Source of the DNA: Candidatus Multivorans sp.
GTDB taxonomy: Bacteria > Acidobacteriota > Thermoanaerobaculia > Multivoradales > Multivoraceae
Length of the DNA stretch: 64,000 nt
NCBI GenBank assembly: GCA_965262355.1
Contig: OZ253534.1
Coordinates: forward strand, 1,280,845-1,344,844
Direction of reading: 5' to 3'
The stretch's first letter is position 1, and each line of letters begins with the position of its first letter. Shown piece after piece: positions 19,738 to 28,179 of this stretch. A model generated the notes under the pieces. It was given only the letters and a program-made list of their open reading frames with translations. It did no database searches and was not told where the DNA came from. The position numbers were made by a program, and so were the translations under genes.

Positions 19738-20259
19738 ATGCCTATCCAGCAGTTCACCCTGATCGTCGAAGGTGCCGATCTGCAGTCCGAACCGGTCTTC
19801 GACGCGCTCTTTGAAGCCGGTTGCGACGATGCAACGGTCGCGCGGGTCGACGGAGTCCAGTACATCGACTTCGACCGCAATGCAGCCAGCCCGGGCGAGG
19901 CCATCCTCTCCGCGGTGCGAGACGTCAAAAGCGTCGCAGGCCTTCGAGTCACTCGCGTTGCCAACCTCAACCCAGTCTCCAAGGCCAACATCGCGGACCG
20001 AGAGCCGTGCACCCTCGACAGTGTCGGATTGTTCGTCACTTCAGCGCCCGGGCCGATCGGATTCCCTTCGCCAGTAATCGACCCGCACAGCCCGTATCGA
20101 CTGGCGCCCTGGTCCGACCTCGGACAGCTCTCCCAACCCGGCTCGGCGAACAAGCAGCGGAACCCCCTCCCCTCTTCCCCGCAGTCAACCCAAAGTTGGA
20201 ACTTCGTCGCCATTAGCACGGAATCCCTACGACCCGCAGGGACAGTCTTCGGGCTCTAA
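19738..20259 (+). CDS. hypothetical protein; possible cognate antitoxin, but only weakly HicB-like and without a recognisable DNA-binding C-terminus
   Basis: Immediately downstream of the HicA-like ORF (27-nt gap). Only the first ~100 aa look protein-like; the 3' extent is uncertain. Confidence 0.3.
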   Translation: MPIQQFTLIVEGADLQSEPVFDALFEAGCDDATVARVDGVQYIDFDRNAASPGEAILSAVRDVKSVAGLRVTRVANLNPVSKANIADREPCTLDSVGLFVTSAPGPIGFPSPVIDPHSPYRLAPWSDLGQLSQPGSANKQRNPLPSSPQSTQSWNFVAISTESLRPAGTVFGL

Positions 20260-20370
20260 CCGGCCGGTCGTGAGGTCAACCGGGGAACAGCAAACCTCTT
20301 GAGCGTCACGCTAGAGCAGCGGTAGATAGTCCGTCTTCGCCAAGCCGACCCACCGAACCCTAACTCCGAG

Positions 20371-23300
20371 ATGAAACGCCCATCCCACTCGACTGAGAAG
20401 GCCGTCTTCGCCCTGAGCGGAAACCAATGCGCCTATCCCGACTGCACACAACGTATCACGCACCGGCCAGCGCCTTTCGCCGACACGACTGTCGTTGGCG
20501 AGGTGTGTCACATACAAGGAAAGAAGCCTGGAAGTCCCCGGTGGAACCCGAAAATCACCCCCGCACAAATCCACAACATTGGCAACCTGATACTCCTCTG
20601 CCCGAATCACCACACAGTCGTGGACGACCAACCCGAGGTCTACCCTACCCACGTTCTGCACCGATGGAAGAAGGACCACGAAAGGAAGTTCTTCGCGACT
20701 CAGATCGAGACGATCGACCACAGCCCCTATGCCACCGCCGCCCCACGCTTCCCGACGTCACTCGTAGACAAGGAGATCGAACGGGAGCTTGAGGTCATCA
20801 GAAAGGGCCGTCTCTTCCCGGACTTCGACACCTCTCAACGCTGCCTGCAACTCGGCTTGGCCCTATCCAATGGCGAGTACGCAGGTGCAGCCACAGCAGT
20901 ACGCTGCCGAACACTGGCCTGGTGTGCCCGGCTCCTGACGCGGACCGACGAGTCGGACACCGCCAAGGAGTATCTCCGACAAGCGAAGCGACTGGGTGCT
21001 GAAAACGAAGTCGCGATCGCCAGCGCCTTGGCGAACTCCCACGAGGGCAACCATCGAGCAGCCCTCTACGTCCTGGACCGCCTCGACTCCCGGATGGCAA
21101 GGTCCGCTGCTCTCGTAGTAGCGGCCGATCAAGACGGACCGGCAGGAGCCTTGCGATGGACAAGCGACGCCGGAATCGTGGCCGCCGATCTGGATCCAGA
21201 CGGAAAGTTCCTCCTTCTCGCTTGGTTCCTTGAGCTCGGCGACTGGCATGCGGCGTTCTCAACACTTGAGGCCGTAACCGACGAGGACCGCTCAATCGCG
21301 CCTGCCATCAGTCGGCTCACAGCTCTAGCGCATCTCCTCCAGGCTGTCCCGGCGGAGTTTCGCGCGACCGTAGCCCAGAACGTACCGTTCTTCGCGTCGG
21401 ACTTTCCCCTTGCCACAGACAGGAAAGCGCTTCGGTCGCGCAGCAGAGCCCGGCGTCACGTCCGCGACGCCGCTAGGGCTGCACGAGACCTCGGCTGCTT
21501 TCTGACTGCGGAGACCTGCGAAGAGTACGCCTTGTGGCTCGAGCTTCTGGACCCGACTCACAGGCACGAGGCACGGGTGGACCTGGAAATGAAACTCCAG
21601 GACCTTGGGATGCACCTCCACTTGGTCTATCTGGGCCTACAGTTTGGCGTTCAACTCGATCTGTCTGCAATCGAGCAGGAGATTCGACACCAAGTCTCAA
21701 GGAAGGGCGGCAACACGCCAAGCACCGCGACAGCCCGGCTGGCGATAGCCACGGTGCAAGAAACACCCGAAGCGGTCGCGGAGTACGTAGCTCAGCATCG
21801 GTCAGAACTCGTCGACCACTTCGACGAGAAGTTGCTCCGGTCACTCGAGATCGATGCTCTTTCACGAGCCGGCCGCCTAGATGAGGCGCGGTCTAGCCTG
21901 CATAAGCTCGTGCGAGACGGAATCGCCGGCGCCGAAGAGGACCGGCTTCGCGATGTGATCGCCAGAGCCGAAGGCAACGACACAACGGCTTCGGCGAGGC
22001 GACGGTTTGAGGAGACCGACTCGCTGCCCGATCTCATCAACCTCGTCGAAGAGCTCGCCACCCAAGATGCACCCTCGGAAGTCCTCAAGTACGGCGAACT
22101 TCTCTTCCAAAGAACTCGTTCAAAAGAACATGCCGAACTCGTCGCCGACGCGTTGGTTCGAGTCCAGGACTACCACGGCCTCGCAGACTTCCTGGACGCC
22201 AACAGAGACCAGGTCGAGCGATCCGAAGCGCTGCAACTCTGTTCCTCCTGGTCTCTGTTCTGGCAGGGCTCTTTGCTTGAGGCTCGGAAGTCTCTGGAGA
22301 GCTTTGTCGGCAGCCATGATCAGTCGAACTATCGCAACCTACAGGTCCACTTGGCCGTCTCCCTGGGTGACTGGGAATCAGCATCGATGATTGTCGAGTC
22401 GGAGTACCAAGCTCGGGAACGGAGAAGCGGGTGGGAACTAGTGAGAGCCGCCCAACTGGCTGCCGAGCTGGGATTCCCGCGCGCGAAGGAGCTGACGTTG
22501 GCGGCAGCGGAGAAGGCCGAAGATGACGCAGGATTCTTCGCGGCTCTCTACTTGCTGACGGTCAAGGGAGGTTGGGACAACGAGCCAGATGCTGTAGCCT
22601 GGCTCCACCGGGCAGTCGAACTCTCGGGTCCGGATGGCCCCTTTCAGCAGATACGTCTCGAGACTCTCATGAGTGAGAGCCCAAAGTGGCGCAAAGGCCG
22701 GGTCAGCGTACTGGAGAAACTGGACCGAGGCGAGATTCCGGCTTTCCTGGCCGCCGAGTACCTCTACAGCTCCCTCTCAAACCTGATGCTGCGCCCGGCT
22801 CTGGCCAATGAGTCGGAGGACGACCCGCGCCGCAGGCGCTGCGTTCCGGCATACAGCGGCAAACGCCCACAAGTGCCCTGTAAACCGGGAAGCCAGGCTT
22901 GCTTTGACGGAACGGCACTTCTCACACTGGGCTTTTTGGATTTGCTCGACCAAGCTCTGGACGTTTTCGACACGATCTACGTTCCGCACTCCACACTCAC
23001 TTGGCTCTTGCGCGAGAAGACAGGAGCGTCTTTCCATCAGCCGAGTCAGGTAGAGGACGCGTGTCTGGTACACGACTTGCTCGAGGATGGGACGATCTCA
23101 GTCGTCCAGCCAACCGTCTCGCCGAACGTCAAACTGGCTTCCGACGTAGGGCACGAACTAGCCATGCTGATTGCCGAGGCCGGGACGGACGACCCGGCCG
23201 GCAGTCAGCGGCTGGTCGTTCGGCCCTTTCCGGTGTATCGCATCGGATCCCTGATGGATGACGTAGTCGATCTTACGGCGCACCGTCGCGTTCTCACGAG

Positions 23301-24456
23301 TTGCCAGGCAATCGTCCAGAGTCTGGAGCGGCAAGGTCTCTTGACCGAAGGCCAGTACGAAGCCGCAGTCTCGTATCTGCGCCTACAAGAGAAACCCTGG
23401 CCCGAACAGCTCGAGATCAGCACGCCCGCCGTCCTTTACCTAGACGGCCTAGCCATGACCTACTTCCTTCGGCTCGGCCTGCTTGGAGTTCTGCGGTCAG
23501 GCGGCCTCAAAGTCTACGTCCCTCCCGACACAGTTTCCGAGATGAACGAACTGCGTTCATATGAACGCACATCCGATGAAGTGACGGCGATCCTAGAACG
23601 CATCCGAATCGCTGTCAGGTCCCGGATCGAATCAGGACGCGTACACATCGGACCTGTCCAGCCTCCTGAGTCATCCGATGAAGAGTCGCACGTGCGGCAT
23701 CCAACCATGGAAGTCGTGGCCTTGGCCGACCGTTCGGATGTCATCGTGTCCGATGATCGTTTCCTCAATGGCTACCCTGAGATCGGCCAGGGCGACGGTT
23801 CCGCACCCACCGCCACGACACTCGATCTTCTGGACACTCTGGCAGCGGCCGGTGCGATCTCGGAAGCGGACCGGCGACGCCATAGGACCCGGCTTCGCCG
23901 CGCCGGGTATCTCTTCGTGTCGGTCGAGAAAGACGAACTCCTCTCTCACCTGCTGAAAGCGACAATCCTGAACGAACGCCTCGTGGAAACGGCAGAACTC
24001 AAGGCCGTGCGGGAGAGCGTTCTCGTCGCGCGGATGGGCAGCCAGCTTCAAGTTCCCGACGAATCACAGTGGCTTACAGACACGATCGGCGCATTCGTCG
24101 CCGCCTTGAAGGACTTGTGGCGAGGTGAACCCGATGTCTCTGGTGCGCGACTGCGGTCGGACTGGATCCTGGAGCAGATTGATCTCCGAGGTTGGACCCA
24201 CCGGCTACCTCCGGACGGCTCCAGTCGGACCATGGACGGCGTCCGGGCCGAGCAAGTGATCCAACTCGTGCTGGCGCCTCCAGAGGCCTCAGCGACCGTG
24301 AGCGGACGCTACTGGGATTGGGTCGAGGAGCGAGTGCTGAAGCCGATTCAGGCGACTGAACCGGCCCTGTACTCTTGGCTCGCCGAGCAGTTCCTGCTCA
24401 CCGTCTCGCGGGTGGCAGACAAGGCTGCTGAGAACGCGGAACCTGACGATGACTAA
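20371..24456 (+). CDS. 1361-aa multidomain protein: N-terminal HNH nuclease, long TPR-like helical region, tandem PIN-like motifs near the C-terminus
   Basis: HNH signature C-x2-C ... GEVCHI ... N ... LLCPNHH within residues 1-110. No Walker A motif found. Two psi-x-psi-P-x2-T-psi-x-E segments (IYVPHSTLTWLLRE, VYVPPDTVSEMNE) and a PIN C-terminal-like DRSDVIVSDDRFLN. Lower GC than flanks. Confidence 0.7.
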   Translation: MKRPSHSTEKAVFALSGNQCAYPDCTQRITHRPAPFADTTVVGEVCHIQGKKPGSPRWNPKITPAQIHNIGNLILLCPNHHTVVDDQPEVYPTHVLHRWKKDHERKFFATQIETIDHSPYATAAPRFPTSLVDKEIERELEVIRKGRLFPDFDTSQRCLQLGLALSNGEYAGAATAVRCRTLAWCARLLTRTDESDTAKEYLRQAKRLGAENEVAIASALANSHEGNHRAALYVLDRLDSRMARSAALVVAADQDGPAGALRWTSDAGIVAADLDPDGKFLLLAWFLELGDWHAAFSTLEAVTDEDRSIAPAISRLTALAHLLQAVPAEFRATVAQNVPFFASDFPLATDRKALRSRSRARRHVRDAARAARDLGCFLTAETCEEYALWLELLDPTHRHEARVDLEMKLQDLGMHLHLVYLGLQFGVQLDLSAIEQEIRHQVSRKGGNTPSTATARLAIATVQETPEAVAEYVAQHRSELVDHFDEKLLRSLEIDALSRAGRLDEARSSLHKLVRDGIAGAEEDRLRDVIARAEGNDTTASARRRFEETDSLPDLINLVEELATQDAPSEVLKYGELLFQRTRSKEHAELVADALVRVQDYHGLADFLDANRDQVERSEALQLCSSWSLFWQGSLLEARKSLESFVGSHDQSNYRNLQVHLAVSLGDWESASMIVESEYQARERRSGWELVRAAQLAAELGFPRAKELTLAAAEKAEDDAGFFAALYLLTVKGGWDNEPDAVAWLHRAVELSGPDGPFQQIRLETLMSESPKWRKGRVSVLEKLDRGEIPAFLAAEYLYSSLSNLMLRPALANESEDDPRRRRCVPAYSGKRPQVPCKPGSQACFDGTALLTLGFLDLLDQALDVFDTIYVPHSTLTWLLREKTGASFHQPSQVEDACLVHDLLEDGTISVVQPTVSPNVKLASDVGHELAMLIAEAGTDDPAGSQRLVVRPFPVYRIGSLMDDVVDLTAHRRVLTSCQAIVQSLERQGLLTEGQYEAAVSYLRLQEKPWPEQLEISTPAVLYLDGLAMTYFLRLGLLGVLRSGGLKVYVPPDTVSEMNELRSYERTSDEVTAILERIRIAVRSRIESGRVHIGPVQPPESSDEESHVRHPTMEVVALADRSDVIVSDDRFLNGYPEIGQGDGSAPTATTLDLLDTLAAAGAISEADRRRHRTRLRRAGYLFVSVEKDELLSHLLKATILNERLVETAELKAVRESVLVARMGSQLQVPDESQWLTDTIGAFVAALKDLWRGEPDVSGARLRSDWILEQIDLRGWTHRLPPDGSSRTMDGVRAEQVIQLVLAPPEASATVSGRYWDWVEERVLKPIQATEPALYSWLAEQFLLTVSRVADKAAENAEPDDD

Positions 24457-26407
24457 AGCGAGCGAGCTCCGAACCGCCACGGCCTTGCTTGCATTGGAGT
24501 GCATACCGCCGTCCTTGCGAGAGACCTTGGCGCGCCACGTCCGGATGCGCGACGACTATGGCATCCGACTCGACACCATCCTTGAGGTCGGTGATTCAGA
24601 CTTCAAGGCACCCGTTTCAGCCATCGTGCGTGGCGTCACAAGTGCCCTTAGTGGCACCCCAAGAACCACTCTTCGGGACACGGGCGGTAACGACTGGTCA
24701 ATCGAGCCCGACACCGACCGTGAACAACCCGCGCTTGTCTTCGCCCATGGCGAGCGTCACGTCGGTATGCATGCGTGGCTGACGCTGTCGCCGGACCGGA
24801 GCACAAGGCTTCGTTGCCTTGAGGCGCTCGCCACCGACGCCGGTCTGCCGCCGAAGGCCTGCTCCTCCTGGCGACGGGTCCTTGAAGAACGGAGCCTCAA
24901 CGGCGAGGAGGTGCCTGACTTCCTCTCGGACCTTCACAACACGCCACACGTTCAAGAGCAGTTTCTCGCCAACAGCATTGGCACCCCCGGGCTGAACTCG
25001 CAGTTGGCCGCGCCCCCATCTCGGACGTACTTTGAAAGACTCGTTGGCTCGCGAGGCGACAGCGCCTCGATCCAACGTCACGCTGCGGTCGGCGCCCGGG
25101 AACACCTTGCCGAATTGGCCGCTTGGCGGCCATATGAAGGCTTCTTGCAGAGTCTCTACATGGCCTCGCATCCTTGCCTTAGCGCGCAGATTCGGGTCGA
25201 CGGCATGAGCAGCGACGAGCTCGTACAAGCGTTCGAGTTTATCCTTCGCGTTGGAGACCAAGTGTCGCAGCTAGGCACCATCGAGGTGGGGTTCCGCGTG
25301 TCCGCTGACCGGCCCGAGGTGATTCCGGCGCTCAACAAGTTAGTGGATCTGATGCGCAGCGACGACACAACCGACAAAGAAGGTCGGTTTCGCACGTACT
25401 CGCTCCTGTACATGCTTGTTACGAGCGAGTTGTCGACACGGCAACAACTCGCTGGGGAACCTCCCTTCTACCGACGTCTGGCAGCCCTGGCGCAAGCCGG
25501 CGTGATTCAGCGGCAGATGGTAGTCGCAGGCATTACCCTGAAGGACTCCGCCCTTGAGTCGGTGACTGGAGAGTATCTTGTGCGGTCCGTCGTAGACCTT
25601 CGGCTGGAGCCACGGCGGCACCCAACCCTCGCCTTCGCAGAGCAATTGCAGGCCCACTTCTTGAGGCGCGTTTTGCGAGCCGCCATCCGGTATGAGAACG
25701 AGCTCTACACGGAACTCATGGGGGAACTTGGGCACCTGCTGGGTCCCGAGGGCCTCCGCCAAGCCGGCGAGGCATTCGTTCTATACACGCCTGGGCCGCT
25801 AGAGGAACCTGAGGAGAATCGAGCGCTACCAGCCGAGTTCGCCCAAGCAATCCAGGTACAGCTCGACACGGACGACGCCATCGAGCCCGCTGACTTCTCA
25901 GCGCTCAGGACCTCCACGACGAGCTTTCGTATTGGTAAAGCACAAGCAGATTTGGCGGCGGCCGCACTCACACGTTCCGCTAACCGGCTGGCGAACGTCA
26001 AGAGTCACTCCGAACTCTTCGCTACGCTGGCTGGCTTGGCGTCCGTTGCCGCGATAGCTCGGAGCGAGCGGCTTGCGGACACGCTTCGCGTCGTGGTGAG
26101 AAGGTACCGCCGGGACTCTGAGTTCCCGATCGCATTCTTCGAAGCAGCGCAGATCCTGCTGGTCGCGGCCGCGAGCAGGGCGGAACTAGGGAACTGGGCG
26201 GACTTCGTAGGGGATTGCCTGACGGAGTTGGCCTTTGGCGATCTGGCCGAGGGCGACGGTGAGATTCTCCACGGTTATGTGCGACGTCTCTGCGAAATCG
26301 TGCCCGAGCTATGGGCGACCTGCGGGAGCGCCGACGCAGCTCTCATGGCCTACAACGGTTCGATACCGAGCGATCAGGGCAGTCAGAAGCAAACGTCCGG
26401 CACCTGA
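24449..26407 (+). CDS. 652-aa all-helical partner protein of unknown function
   Basis: Start ATG overlaps the upstream stop (ATGACTAA, 8-nt overlap), indicating translational coupling. No catalytic motif recognised. Confidence 0.65.
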   Translation: MTKASELRTATALLALECIPPSLRETLARHVRMRDDYGIRLDTILEVGDSDFKAPVSAIVRGVTSALSGTPRTTLRDTGGNDWSIEPDTDREQPALVFAHGERHVGMHAWLTLSPDRSTRLRCLEALATDAGLPPKACSSWRRVLEERSLNGEEVPDFLSDLHNTPHVQEQFLANSIGTPGLNSQLAAPPSRTYFERLVGSRGDSASIQRHAAVGAREHLAELAAWRPYEGFLQSLYMASHPCLSAQIRVDGMSSDELVQAFEFILRVGDQVSQLGTIEVGFRVSADRPEVIPALNKLVDLMRSDDTTDKEGRFRTYSLLYMLVTSELSTRQQLAGEPPFYRRLAALAQAGVIQRQMVVAGITLKDSALESVTGEYLVRSVVDLRLEPRRHPTLAFAEQLQAHFLRRVLRAAIRYENELYTELMGELGHLLGPEGLRQAGEAFVLYTPGPLEEPEENRALPAEFAQAIQVQLDTDDAIEPADFSALRTSTTSFRIGKAQADLAAAALTRSANRLANVKSHSELFATLAGLASVAAIARSERLADTLRVVVRRYRRDSEFPIAFFEAAQILLVAAASRAELGNWADFVGDCLTELAFGDLAEGDGEILHGYVRRLCEIVPELWATCGSADAALMAYNGSIPSDQGSQKQTSGT

Positions 26408-26574
26408 CGTGCTGGGTGACTATCTGAGTCGCTCTTCGAAGTCTGCCCACGCCCCTCGGTAGTCCTCCTCCCGATCGCACCGGTCGAACGGGCACAGTAC
26501 TCGATACAACTCCGGCTCGGGTGCGTCGAGCATAGCCACGATGCCCTTTCTGGCCCGCACCCCAACAGGCACAA

Positions 26575-28038
26575 TCATCCGGCTCGGTGCGAGAGCGACG
26601 AACGTAGCTGCCGGAGTTCTTCATTCGCCTCGTTCGTCTGGTCTCCGTCGCTCGACACATACAGCCATCCCCAGACGTGGACGTTCGACGCCACCATCAG
26701 AACAATCTCCCGCTGCCCAAAGCCCAACTTGGCGAGGAGAATCACCCTTACAAGCGCCACTGCCTTCCCGGCCAAGGACCGCGCGTCGTTACCTCCCCAG
26801 GATCCCCCGTGAACCAGCCGGCTTCGACACTCCCACAGCTCCCTCACGAGGTCTCCAGGTTCGTCCACAACGTCGCGGTAGGGTCGGAGCAGATCTTCAA
26901 TCGCCCTCCGCCTACTCTGCTTGCACAGCCAAGCCTTCATTCTCATCCAGGCCTTAGTTTCCCCCGAGCACGAACTCAAGACCTTGTCATAGAGCCGGCG
27001 CGCCTCCGAATCCTCCTTGTCCCGCGAAGCCAAGCTCTCCAGGCACTGCACGGCGTCGACTAGACTGTGCCTCACGAGATGTCGACCGCAACACAAACTC
27101 AAGTAGAGATCGACCAGCCACTCGTGTCTATCGTAGTACTCGAACCAACTTCCGATCACACTTTCTTCTCTGCGCCCGATATCCTTGGCCAAGAACAGCA
27201 TGTCGATCCAAGTCACATCCGGTTCATCCTCGGGCCTGGACGGAGTCCACTCAGGCTTGAAGACCTTCTCCCCATCCCGGCCCGAGAGCGAGAGCAACCG
27301 CATCGGTCTGTTCGTCACGAACCAGAGGAATCGTTGAAAGACCTCCGCCACCCGAACGAAATCTCCGACAGCCACTCCCTGTTCTTCAACCGCCTCGATC
27401 CTCAAGACCGGCCGCTGCCGGATGACGACTTCGTGGGTGTTGCTCGCGGAACCCTCCCAAGAGAACCCGCAGGATAGGTGGAATTTGATCCCCCGACTCA
27501 CCACTTCTACTCGGGGCAGGGCCGCTGCACTCTTCGACACGGAGAACGTACACTCCCTGAACCACACGAGGGGTTCCGTCTCGATTCCACGTACATCCAA
27601 CCAGGTGTCGAGACCCTCAATGGTCACGTTCATGCCTGTCAGCGAAGGTGATTCCTCAAGCGGCTCCTGGCGCAAGAGAGCACGCGTCGGCCAGACCCTC
27701 TCGCTAAGATTGACGAAGGCGCCGAGCGTATGGCTCCGCAGAATAGGCTCGTAAGAGTAGCCGCACCCTTCGAGAGCGACGTATCGACCATCATGAAGGC
27801 GCCCGCACACCAACGTGTCGATTCTCTGAGAGGCATGATACGGAATCCCCAAGAACGAAGACCTCTCTTCATCTTCGAAGGTGAGTGCAGTGCGGTATCT
27901 GTCCGGGAGGTCGAGATCAAGTACTGCCCTACCGCTCCTCGTGAGGGTCAGGGTTCCATCGAGATGTTCGATCTGGTCTTCGGCATGCTCGGGCAACCAG
28001 AACTTCCCTCGCAGCTTCTGTTCGCTCTGGATCTTCAC
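26575..28038 (-). CDS. ApeA-like protein with C-terminal HEPN (Rx4H) domain
   Basis: 487 aa. C-terminal ELWECRSRLVHGG matches the HEPN R-x4-H motif. The architecture (large N-terminal domain plus C-terminal HEPN) resembles the ApeA single-gene defence protein. Family call from memory. Confidence 0.45.
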   Translation of the reverse strand: MKIQSEQKLRGKFWLPEHAEDQIEHLDGTLTLTRSGRAVLDLDLPDRYRTALTFEDEERSSFLGIPYHASQRIDTLVCGRLHDGRYVALEGCGYSYEPILRSHTLGAFVNLSERVWPTRALLRQEPLEESPSLTGMNVTIEGLDTWLDVRGIETEPLVWFRECTFSVSKSAAALPRVEVVSRGIKFHLSCGFSWEGSASNTHEVVIRQRPVLRIEAVEEQGVAVGDFVRVAEVFQRFLWFVTNRPMRLLSLSGRDGEKVFKPEWTPSRPEDEPDVTWIDMLFLAKDIGRREESVIGSWFEYYDRHEWLVDLYLSLCCGRHLVRHSLVDAVQCLESLASRDKEDSEARRLYDKVLSSCSGETKAWMRMKAWLCKQSRRRAIEDLLRPYRDVVDEPGDLVRELWECRSRLVHGGSWGGNDARSLAGKAVALVRVILLAKLGFGQREIVLMVASNVHVWGWLYVSSDGDQTNEANEELRQLRSSLSHRAG

Positions 28039-28179
28039 CCTTCCACCTCACAAGTTGGTCTGTTTGCGCCACTCCACCGGACGACATCGAATTGCACTGG
28101 TTCCGTCGGCTCCACTACCACTGCCCACCTTCCGACATGGCCAAGCCTCGAAATGACCGGCATGGAGACCGACTGGCAG

